Assembly (NCBI GenBank): GCA_964247055.1 | Contig: OZ176051.1 | Location: forward strand, 7,750,001-7,814,000 | Source: Paragordius varius | Lineage: Eukaryota > Animalia > Nematomorpha | Reading direction: 5' to 3' | DNA: 64,000 nt | Shown: positions 1 through 10,909 of the stretch, one piece after another | Numbering within the stretch: the first letter of the stretch is position 1 | Layout of the letters: each line of letters starts with the position of its first letter | Position numbers and translations under genes: made by a program | Notes under the pieces: model-generated | Told to the model about the DNA's origin: nothing | What the model saw: the letters and a program-made list of their open reading frames with translations, nothing else | Database searches by the model: none

Positions 1-130
1 ATGGGGGCAAAAATACAGAAAATGATTTTTTTAACCAATCAGAAGTGGAAACGATTGATAATTAGAATTGTAAAAACCCCGATTCAAATGTATTTTAATT
101 TTAAGACTTAAAGCAAGGGGGGGGGGGCAA

Positions 131-160
131 GTCACATGGCTCACGAGCCACATTTTTGAC
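131..160. repeat. Possible hAT-Charlie MITE end remnant
   Basis: TCACATGGCTCACGAGCCACATTTTTGAC resembles the GTGGCTCGCGAGCCACAT subterminal motif of Charlie-type elements; very short. Confidence 0.25.
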
Positions 161-500
161 TCAAATTAGGCAGGCCTCATACAAACAATATAAATATATG
201 ATATTGACATAAATATTAATTAAAGTCTTGGGACAAATATGCCACTAATATTTTACATTGTTACAACTATTTCGTCAAAATTAAGAAGTCGTATTATTAG
301 CTCTACCGACATATATTTTAATTCAAACACAGTATTTTATAATTGAAAATTAATTCTTCTTACGGTTTTTGTCAGATATACTTTTTATGCAAGTTTTCTT
401 TTTGTAAAATGTAATTTTCAGATTAAAATCTAGGACAAAATTGTGGACACTATACCGCATGATTCTCATAAAATACAGGAGTTAATGTGGTAAAAATTAC

Positions 501-931
501 TTATTCGAAGGATCTAGGAGTTTGTCCCTAAGTAACTTGGCTAAAAATGAACTTTCACCTTTATTCATAACTGTTTCCTGAGCAACTCCGAAATCGGTGT
601 ACTTTTTATCTGTCAAATTAGCATTAGGGTTTTCTTTCATAATGCCCATACAAGATCCAGCTAATTGTTTTTTAATAAAATCATAATTGACTATTGATGA
701 TGGATTTGAACGCAACGGAACGTTGAACGAATTACAATTTTTTTCCAATTCCTGGATGCTATTAACATTTTTGGTCCCGATAATTTGATTAGAATGTTGA
801 GCATTGATAAGAGATTGTTTTAAAATATCAACAGCATTGGCATTATAAATATTTTCGTTATTTTGCAATGAAGCACGTTTGAATTCGGGACTTTCGAAAA
901 AAGTTTTTAAAAAAGATGGGTCGGTGGCCAT
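501..931 (-). CDS. Putative coding exon of an unknown gene (144-aa ORF as given)
   Basis: Long open frame, visibly more GC-rich than its flanks, ATG at 931. The apparent stop TAA overlaps a GT donor (AA|GTAATT at 500), so it may splice onward. No motif recognised. Confidence 0.35.
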
Positions 932-1801
932 GAGAAAAAAATAACATATGTTGTAATTTATTTAACCCTTGGTGGCAAATTAAAATATTTTCGGGATTTT
1001 TGGAGCCCCAAGAGATTTTTACGACCAATATTGAAGATAAATATAAAAATGGTTGAAATAAATTACTAACCAGACATATATTATATATTTTATTTATATT
1101 TTAGAATAAGGGTTTCGATTTAACACACGGTATATCCCAAACATTTAATCATTTAGTATTATTTTTTACATATAATATTTTCTCGAGTAATCTATTGATT
1201 TTAATTAATTTTAATGTTTATGTTGGGTGATATAAAATATACTAATTAATGCTTTATTCTTTTTAAATTATTATATAGGGGATACATTTTGAGGCGTTTT
1301 TATCCTAAAGACATGCATTAATTTTTATTAACACTTGGATACAACACATTCGTTTCCCTCCTTTAATTGAAATATGGGTTGGATATCCCAAACCTTTAAA
1401 AATTACTCAAAAAATATGGAATGAATAATGAAACCATGGAAGTTTGCACTTAAATAACATTAAATCCGAAATATAAAAAAAATTAGTTAAAAATACTTGA
1501 TATTACTTAGTTAATTATCATTGTGAGCTAAATTTGAAAATATACAAAATAACGACTAGTCTGATCCTCACAATAGTATATTACTTTTAAATAGTAAATT
1601 AGCTTTTATTTCTTAAAATTTGATAAATACGATAATTTGCAAAAATGTGTAAAAATGGTTCTAATACAGTTTGATATGGAACTTTTTTTCCAAAATAAAT
1701 TGAGATATTTCGGCATATATATATTAGAATAGAAGCATAATTTAAATTGGGAGCTTTTCTTTCAGTAGTTTCATTAAAATATCAACTAATGTGTGTATTA
1801 A

Positions 1802-2392
1802 CACTTCGATTCAAATTGGGGTATCTACCCCAGACTAAATTTAAATTAATATTTTTAAATACTACTGAAGGAAACGGTCCCATTTGAAACTTATGCTTCT
1901 ATCCTAATTTAAATTATATAATGCCAAAATATCTAATAAATTTTTTTTAACAAAAAGTTCCAAGTCTAACTACTTTGACGCCATTTTTATTGCATAAAAT
2001 TTTTGTAAAATATCGTCTTCATTTAATTTTGAGGGTAGCATTAAGGCTAATTTTATATTAAAATTACATCAAACATTGATAGAAATAGAAATAGCGGTTT
2101 ATTTTGTATTATTTTTAATTTTATCATTTCACACATGTCACGTTGATCAAATTTTACCTTTTGTTTTAGCTTTAAATAAGTAATATCGAGTATTTTTGAA
2201 TAATTTTTTTTATATTTCGGTTTATTAATGTTATATAAGTGTAAAATTTTGCCATGGTTTCGATTCCTTCCATACTTTTTAAAGTATTTGATTTTAAACA
2301 GGCCTGGGGAATCCAAGTACCCTAATTTGAATCGAAGGACTAAAATGAGTGTGTTGTATCCAAGTGTTAATACCCCAATCGGAATCGAAGTG
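1802..2392. mobile_element. piggyBac-like non-autonomous MITE
   Basis: TTAA at 1798-1801 and 2393-2396; inverted ends CACTTCGATTCAAATTGGGGTA / TACCCCAATCGGAATCGAAGTG. Confidence 0.6.
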
Positions 2393-3427
2393 TTAAAGGT
2401 TTTTAATTACAATTTTGAAATGGGCAAGTCGACTTAAGATATATATATATATATATATATATAAACAAAGATGACGTGTGAGCTTTGAACGGCTTGGAAA
2501 AATGGACAAGCCCATTCCGATTTCAAAGTAAAAATTATTTTTTAAACACTTCGATTTAAATTGGGGTATTTAAATACCACCTAATTTTTTTAAAAAACTA
2601 CTGAAGGAAACGTAAATTTAAATTTATGCTATCCTGATAAAAATTGTATTAATAAGCCAAAATATCTAAATCAGGGCTTCTATCAGTAAATGCCCTTTAG
2701 CAAATAAAATAACACTATATTTTTAAATTATAAACATTACATCTGAAATAAATTTACGATAAAAAAACTGTGTTCTACATGTTTTAATGGGGAAGCTTTG
2801 GCGTTTCTCATTTATATACAAAGACTTTAGATACAGAAAACTTTAATTTTAAATTTCAGAGCAATATTTCTAAATGTACCACAACTAAGTCTATATTTAT
2901 CGCTTTGATAACTTCACAATTTCAACCATTTACATATGGTAAAATTCATCAGAAATTGAATTTGATACTTAATTAGATAGAGAAGTAACTACATGATTTA
3001 AGATATTTGGGCAATTAAATTTAAAAGCGAATTTCATTGTTTACTAAGTTGGGAAAGATAAATAATATATTAATGTACCGAAGGATTTTAACTATCCTTT
3101 CGTGATCAAATAACTTATTTATCAAGGATATTAGAATTTGTTTATAATAATATTTCAATATTTCTTGATAATCCTCTTAAACAAGCTAAACAAAAAAAAT
3201 ATGTTAAATATATAAAAACTCTTTATAATTTTTATCAACATAAAATTAATTTTTGCGATCAAGCGTTAATTTATATATTGATTTATAAATAAATTTTGTC
3301 AAATATTTTAAAACCACAAATTTTATTTTTTTGGTTGTGAGTTACAAAATATATCGATCAATATTCAAATGACCACAGAAATTTCATTACAACATTTATC
3401 GTTTGTATGTCTGGTGAACAAATTTAA

Positions 3428-3848
3428 CACTTCGATTCAAATTGGGGTACCTAAATACCCCAGATTATATTTGAGTTAGGATTTTTAAAAAACTACTGAA
3501 GGAAACGGGCCCAATTTAAATTTATGCTTCTATCCTAATAAAAATTATATAAATATGGCAAAATATCTAAAAAAAAGTTCCATGTCAAACTACTTCGACG
3601 CTATTTTTATTTTACAAAATTTTTGCAAAATATCGTCTTCATTTAATTTTAAGGGTAAAATTAAAGCTATTTTTTTTAAATTACATCTAATATTGTTAGA
3701 AATAGAAAAAGCGGTTTATTTTGTATTATTTTTCAATTTTACCATTTCACACATGCGTAGACCAAATTTTTACCTTTCGGTTTTATCTTAAAATAAGTAT
3801 TATAAAGTATTTTTGAATAAATTTTTTTCTATATTTCGGTTTGTTAAT
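3428..3848 (+). repeat. Second copy of the TTAA/CACTTCGAT MITE family (other partial copies at 2547-2670 +, 1637-1780 -, ~55690-55915 -)
   Basis: Colinear match to 1802-2228 (ACTACTGAAGGAAACGG, TATGCTTCTATCCTAAT, AAAATATCGTCTTCATTTAATTTT, TATTTCGGTTT). Confidence 0.75.
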
Positions 3849-4111
3849 GCGAGTTTCTTAACGACCCCATCAAATATAAAAGTAAAATAAAATAATATTT
3901 TTTGATGATATATTTATTAGATAATGATATACATAAAATAAATTATTTTAGAATTCGTTTTGAAACATATAAAATCAAATATTGAAATTTGCAAAAAATG
4001 TTATAGAAATGTTTTTATTATAGTTTCAAAAACAAAAGTGAACTCTCACCGTCTTAATCTCAAATATATCCTAGTAGTTGCGTGGTAAATATTAAATTAA
4101 AGTCTATCTTA

Positions 4112-4325
4112 TTAATGAGATGGATGTGTCTGTTTTTTATTGCATAACAAATCAAATCTTGGTGCAATGTTTGAAACCTCTGGACGTAGGACCACTTCAA
4201 CATTTTTTTCATAGCTGAACGATATTGGGATTTATATGTAAAGCTGAAAAATTAGCTTCATATAATGTGGTGTTGAATGGCAGAAGTACATTCCACATCG
4301 GCGATTGTGGGAAATTCAGTTCTTG
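4112..4325 (-). pseudogene. hAT (Charlie/SPIN-type) transposase C-terminal remnant
   Basis: Minus strand reads EFPTIA..., then after frameshifts EVVLRPEVSNIAPRFDLLCNKKQTHPSH*, matching the typical Charlie-type LR..LS.I.P...L...KQ.H.SH stop terminus. Confidence 0.65.
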
Positions 4326-4334
4326 TTCCGATCC

Positions 4335-5037
4335 ATTTTCGCCCAGGGTATGAGACGGTAAAAATTTGATAAGGATTCCAGGTATTCCCTGTTAACAGGC
4401 AAAAATTTTAGACAAGTGTTTCTTTAATGGCTGCTGGGTAAGGAGCTACCCGTTAAAAACTCATCCGTCATGTGGCTTCGTGATCTGTTTCCGGAGAACC
4501 GGTAGACCCATTCAAATCCAATATCGAAAAAATATAATCATTCATGAATGCCCCGTCAATAGCTTCGCCCTTTTTTTAAATTAGGCCCCCAGTTCAAGTC
4601 CACACCGTGTAAAAACGGGTGTGAGAAAATTTTCCGGAGAACGCGTTACACCATTCAATTTCAAATATGATTTTTGTTTACTTATTTTCGATTGCGCCGA
4701 ACATAGTCGTCTCGCTTTTTTAATTTAGGCCCTCTTTTTACCCGCTCCCCCCGTAAAATGCCATTTTTTTTAAAAAATTAAGTCCACCAAAATAAATTTT
4801 TGAATGTATTTTTCGCCCAAGGTATAAGACCGTAAAAATTCAAAAAGGATTCTACGCCCGTTAAAAGGCAAAAATTTTAGTCAAGCGTTCCTTTGATGAT
4901 AGCTGCTAAGTAAGGAGCTACCCGGGAAAAATGACCCGTCATATCGAAAGCGTGCTTTTGTGGCTAAATTTCTGAAAACCTATCAGGCCATATGAGTCAA
5001 TAACTGCTTGAAATATGGATAAAACATTATTTATGGT
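4335..5037 (+). repeat. Truncated copy of the Helitron internal tandem array
   Basis: Same modules as 15124-16020 (CGATTGCGCCGAACATAGTCG, GCTGCTGGGTAAGGAGCTACCCG, AATAGCTTCGCCC); both termini missing. Confidence 0.75.
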
Positions 5038-5224
5038 ATAATTGAGTGGGTAACGACGAGGGTTTTTTAATGTAAATGATGTTGGAATCGTCAAAAAGGT
5101 TGAAGAGGGACATTCCTTGCCTTTTTTGATATAGTTAAAATAAGAATGAAAACCGACAATCAGTATATAATTAATACAAAGGTATACTACAAAAATTTTT
5201 TTAAATACAGCTTTCTATCAATAA

Positions 5225-5990
5225 ATTCCAATTACCCCTCCTTCACATAAAGGCTATAGTATCCAGTTACCTAAAACGCACAATTACCCAATACAGTAAA
5301 AAGGCAGATATACCAAACAAATGAAATTGTACAGTATTTGCTACAACAAGACTATCAAAAAGAATGGATTACAACAGCAGTAAACAAAATTATAAAAAGA
5401 AACCTGACTTCCATGTCGGCAAATCCGGTTGGTTTTATTCCATGCCAGCCCATCCTTCCCACAGAAGCCTCACGTCAACGGACGAAACTATTCTTCCCTC
5501 TGGAAAAAAACAATCGTGTAATTGCTTGCTTACCCTATAGCGCTACATCAGAAAGTGTCGGGAGAATTTTATAAAAGAAAGATGACATAAAAGTGGTTTA
5601 TAAACCAACATAGAACTTTTTAAAAATGTTAAAGTCTAAGGAATTGGAAATGGAAAACACGATATACAAGTTGAAATGCGAGAATTGCCCAGCAATTTAC
5701 ATAGGCCAGTCGAAGCGAAACATAAAGGTAAGATATAAACATAAAAAAGAAAAAGTTCGGCTATGTTTCTGCATTGCGTGGATAACATCCATGAGTGCTC
5801 AAATAGAATTGACGTTTTAGCCGTGGAAAGAAAGTACATCTCAAGGATAACAAAAGAAGCACTCTTTATACAAAGCGCAGATGGTTTACTTAATCGCCGT
5901 CAAGAAAGGAAAGATATAAACCCTGAAACTAAATCATTTATCAAAAATTATCGAATTTTTAATCACAAACCATTTTACAGTGTTTAAAAT
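5225..5990 (+). pseudogene. Penelope-like retroelement fragment (RT thumb region plus GIY-YIG endonuclease)
   Basis: Frameshifted translation: SNYP...KAIVSSYLKR..., LPYSATSESVGRIL, IYKLKCENCPAIYIGQSKRNIKVRYKH, VLAVERKYISRITKEALFI...LLNR. Confidence 0.8.
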
Positions 5991-6339
5991 AATAATTTTG
6001 TGTTTACATTGTTTCATGTTAAATTATTATTTTATTTACATTAGCGTATGCAGTAAAAGATTGTTAGTGCAAAATAAAATAAAAAACACTTTTTAAAAAA
6101 CAGGGGGATATTATGGATAGTGTATACAAAATTAGGGGACAATCTTGGTATATGTAATATATGCGCATTTGGTTTTTTTAAAACTGCGAAAATTTTTTTT
6201 AAAAATATTAGTGAAACATCATTTCCCAGATATATTATAAAAAAATGTTAAATTAAATTTCATGGTAGAATTATACATTCGTGATTAATTATGGAACTGT
6301 ATAACAAATACAAATTATACAAGATCTTTATTTAAATTA

Positions 6340-7542
6340 CAAGCGTGAATCTCGTGCTGCTACGCAGCCGAGGAAGTCCTTCGGACTTCTGGGGGGGGGC
6401 GGGTGTTCGAAGCTTGGATTTGATTGGGTCTACCTTTTTTCCGGTACATCACAAAGCCAGCATTTTCCATTTTTATAAATATATAGATTACCATAAATAA
6501 TGTTTTAATATCCATATATCTTTTAACATGCTATACATATGATAGATACTCCTTACTCAGCAGCTATCATCAAAGAAACGCTTGACTAAAATTTTTGCCT
6601 TTTAACAGGGAATACGTGGAATCCATATAGAATTTTTACGATCTCATACCTAGGGCGAAAAATCGATTTAAAAAATCATTTTTGTGGACTTTGTTTTTTG
6701 AAAACAATGTCATTTTACGGGGGTAGGGGGTAAAAAGAGGGCCTAAATCAAAAAAGTGACTCGACTATGTTCGGCGCAATCGAAAATAAGTAAACAAAAA
6801 TTATATTTGAAATTGAATGGTCCAACACGTTCTCCAAAAAATTGACTTAACCCATTTTTCACACGGGGTGGGCCTGAACTGGGGACCTAATTCCAAAAAA
6901 GGGCGAAGCTATTGTCGGGGCATTCATTAATGATTATATTTTTTCGATATTTGGATTTGATTGGGTTCACTGGTTTTCCGGAAACAGATCACAAAGTTAT
7001 ATGAAAAATCAGTTTTTAGCGGGTAGCTCCTTACCCAGCAGCTATCATTAAATAAACGGTGGACTAAAATTTTTGCCTTTTAACAGGCAATACGAAAAAT
7101 CTTTCTCGAATTTTTACAGTCTCATACCGTGGGCAAAAAAATACAATCAAAAAAATATTTTTGTGGACTTTGTTTTTTTTTGAAAAAATTGGCATTTTAT
7201 GGGGGTAGCGGGTAAAAAGAGGGCCTAAATCAAAAAAGTGACTCGACTATGTTCAGCGCGATCAAAAATAAGTAAACAATTATATTTTAAATTGAATGGT
7301 CCAACACGTTCTCCAGAAAATTGTCTCAAAGACACGATTTTTGTGGACTTCTATTTTCAAAAAAAACCGTTTTTCATACGGGGTGGGGCCGAACTGGGGG
7401 CCTATTTCAAAAAAAGGGCGAAGCTATTGTCGGGACTTTTATTAATGATTATATTTTTTCGATACTTGGATTTAATTGGGTCTACCGGTTTTCCTGTACC
7501 AGATCACAAAGCCAGCATTTTCCATTTTTATAAATATATAAA
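6340..7542 (-). mobile_element. Non-autonomous Helitron with internal tandem array
   Basis: Element strand ends hairpin GCTGC-GTA-GCAGC then CTTG|T (CTAG variant) and starts T(C>T)TATATA; inserted at A|T with no TSD relative to the empty site near 13500. Confidence 0.8.
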
Positions 7543-7875
7543 TTACTTGCTTTTCTCGATCTATTGAAAACTGAATATGCGTCAGGTGATAAATAAAAGA
7601 ATTTTTGAAATTTGGAGTTTTTTGTAATTAAAAATAAATTACAAAAGTTTACTTGTTAAATGCACTACTTACACAGATTCAGGGAAAGATTTAAACACAA
7701 TGATATTTTAAACAATGATGTTTTCTTGAATGTGCAACAATATTAAAAACCATATATTATAATAATAAATATGTATCTATTTATTAATACTGTTGTGAAA
7801 TAAGTATAAAATTTGAACAATAAATCTAATGCAACATGTTAAATAATATTTGATATATTTCTATGTGTATTTTCA

Positions 7876-8676
7876 TTAAATAAATGTTTTTTCTGTAACG
7901 CAACTTCTGTCAAAATCTTGTGTGTCATGTTTGCCGATTGGGCCCCTTCCAACTTGTCGATATGGCTCTAGATTAAAACCTGTTTCGTCCAGATAAAACG
8001 TCTTTTCCCAAGGCATATCTTTTGCCCTTAAAGCGTATTTGTATCTATCTAAGTATATAAACCAAATACCTTGTTTCTATGGTTGAAAGGGAATTTCTAT
8101 TGATTGGCTTTTTGTATATTCGTTTTATATTGTATTTAATATTTTTTAGTATTTTGGCTAAGGTTGATCTCCCAACTTTAACCTCATCTGGAAGACGGCT
8201 TATTATATCTTCGTATGTGACTTGATAATCTTGATCAATAATTTTTTTAACAATATTTATTAATTTTGGATCATTCCATTTACATTTTGGCCCTCTTTTC
8301 TCCACCGTAAACTCATTATCATTCCTTAGATATCTCAAAAATTTATAAATGTGCTGTTGTTTCAACCCCAATCTAAGGGCTATATCCTTCACTGAGAATT
8401 CGTAAAAATTTGGCTCTGAAAAAATTCGATATGCCTCATTGATTTTTTCAGTGGTCCAAAAGCAATATTCTAAACATTATTAACTGCTAAACTTTTAGAT
8501 TTCTTAATTTTTTTTGTAGTTTTCACAACATTTAATCTTCTTGTAACGTTATCTAAATTGGATATATCCTGTAATACATTTCTAGAAGTATCAATTTGTT
8601 GAATATTTGGTATTGTGGCTTCATTTTCCTCTGAGTATTCATAAACATTTAATAAATTTTTAATAAAAAACATCAT
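7876..8676 (-). CDS. IS630/Tc1-like transposase N-terminal half (HTH region plus first catalytic Asp), spliced model of 250 aa
   Basis: Exons 8676-8493, 8469-8070, 8044-7876; GT-AG gaps 8492-8470 (23 nt) and 8069-8045 (25 nt). The joins give KSKKYCFWTTEK and NSLSTIETRYKYALRAKDMPWEKTFYLDETGFNL. The 3' DDE part is decayed. Confidence 0.65.
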
Positions 8677-10184
8677 ATATATTTCTCACAAAAATTTTAT
8701 AAGCTTTTCAACAACCAAATGTGCCGACCAAATGTCCTTAATTTTCATATTTTGATTATCATTCAGTCTTATTATAAACATATCCATAATATCCCCCTGT
8801 TTTTTTTTAAAAAGTGTTTCTTATTTTATTTTGGACTAACAATCTTTTACTGCATATGCTACTGTATAGCATTACAATTAATTTTTATAAAAAATGCACA
8901 TTTGGTTATTTTATATCACAACGGTTTCTTTGTGATCTCTATTTTATCCACTAATGGTTCTTTTGTGATCTCCTATATAAGTGTTATCAACCATAATTTT
9001 GTTCATTTTTTATAAATTAATTTTTATTATCATATATTGGGTGGGGTGATAAAAAAGTCGCACTTGACTTGTAAGCCAAGCGTGGCAAGTTGAGCAAGAT
9101 TACTTAAGCCGGCAAGTGTACACTTGAAGATCGGCGATAAAAAAACACTTAAATCAAGTCTTTTATGAATGTAACAGTTTTTTGCCACCCAATTCGAATT
9201 TTATGGAAATTTTTTTGATCATTTTCAGCTAAAATCTGTGAAATAAGGCACAAAAAGATAAACAATAAATACGATATGCATTTATTGAAGTTTTTCAAAC
9301 TCACTGGCACCTATCTTATATAATATTATAGAGTTTTCTATTGTGATCCTAGTAATAATTTTTAGATTGATGAAACCATTCGCCCTTAAAATACTTTCCA
9401 TTATTTCACCACACTACTTATTTTGTTTGGAGTCCAGTTGCAAATATAATGGGAAGATGTTTATACATAACATAATTATTTTTAATTGATTATAAACATT
9501 ACATTCGAAATAAATTTATGATGAAATAAATTCTTTACATTGGATAAAAGTGAAGTTTTGCCTTTAATAAACGAAGATAAAATTTTACAAGATTAATATT
9601 TAATTAATTTTAAAAAATTTTTGTGAATTCCAATTTTTTTGCGGTCACGGAAACGATATATTCAGCATATTTTTATGTGCCATGTTATTTAATATTAGCA
9701 GAGTTTTTCTATAAATTTATCCTCTTTTGTATCCACCCAATGAATAGATTAATTGGCCAAAATTTATCAAATTAACAATTTATAGCATTAATAAAGGTTT
9801 GAATTACATATAAAACCTAAATTTTGTATATAATTAGTTTCCAAAATAATTTTATCCATATTTTTGAATCTGTCAAGTGTGCCTTATACCTAAGGTGACC
9901 AGATTTTTTGAAGGAAAAAGCGGGACAAATCTAGAAGGGAGTGGGTCATTGGGGGATACAACCAAAAATTTTTATACAAAAAATTTATTGTAATATTTAT
10001 TTATTTTTAACAAAATACATTATAAATATAAAAAAATTTGTACCTCACAGGTTGTTTGTACCATATTCAATAAATTTCCATGTGCACGAACAAAGGGTGA
10101 AGTTATTTTAATATTCTAGAAAAAAATATTAAAGACAAAATCATCACAAAGTGCGCTGGGTGATGCAAGAAGCGGCACAAAAAT

Positions 10185-10870
10185 ATTTATAATAATTTAG
10201 CGAATAATCTTAATCAAAACATTATTGGCAGATACACAACGTTCAAACAGCTACTGATTTGTTACCCCTGGATGTGGAAAATATAGATGTTAAAATGCTT
10301 GTATATTGTAGAACTGTTGGTTAGCTCTTTTGCCAGCGATTGAAATATTTATAAAAATGTGATCTCCTAGAATCCTATTTTTTATCACAGGACAAAGGTC
10401 AAAATTCCAAGTCAAAAAAGGTTAGAAAATAATTCTATACCATTACCTAATCGCAATATTATAAAACATCCAGAAAAACAAGGCTCAATGAATAGCCAGA
10501 ATATAAAAATGTTTTATACAAACAGAAACGATTATTTGGAAGACAAGACGGTGCACAATGACACTTTTTGATGAAGTCTCATTACTAAATAAATATATTG
10601 AATGAAAACTTATATTATGGACAACAGAAAAAAATACGTAAGATAGAAATGGTTAAAATAATCATTTTTAAACAAATTATGTTCCATACAATATTATTTT
10701 AATTGTAGAATTTGCATTATTTTTACCTGAACCACTGCTATTGAACGCGTTTTTCCACAGTAAATTAAGTAAGGACACGGAATCAAATTTAAATGTTGAA
10801 TAAAAGCCATTTTGTGTGTTCAAATATAATTTGACAAATTATGAAGACTTATACAATATTTTACGTGATT
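10185..10870 (+). pseudogene. Second, more decayed hAT transposase fragment in the opposite orientation
   Basis: 10185-10310 is an inverted match to 11930-12060 (TTCAAACAGCT.CTGATTTGTTACCCCT.GATGT.GAAAAT); 10560-10870 is an inverted match to the dimerization-domain region 10950-11300. Confidence 0.65.
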
Positions 10871-10909
10871 TTGTTTATTTTTTTACACAAAAACTTTAAA
10901 GAAAATATT

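Larger units (their letters stand above)
6039..8864 (-). mobile_element. IS630/Tc1-mariner-type DNA transposon, copy 1 (about 1.6 kb plus a nested Helitron)
   Basis: TA at 6037-6038 and 8865-8866; ~85 bp strong TIRs starting CA(G/T)TAGC(A/G)TATGCAGTAAAAGATTGTTAGT; internal transposase with YLDETGFNL. Confidence 0.85.

Noticed and set aside
6335-7546. AATTAC direct repeat as a 6-bp TSD
   Set aside because: The empty paralogous site matches the no-TSD model exactly, and the right-hand AA aligns with the GA of the family TC terminus.
7238-7567. ORFs inside the tandem arrays (also 15111-15366, 15649-16021, 34081-34311, 34811-35149)
   Set aside because: They are translations of the non-coding Helitron unit; frames and stops differ between copies and there are no protein motifs.
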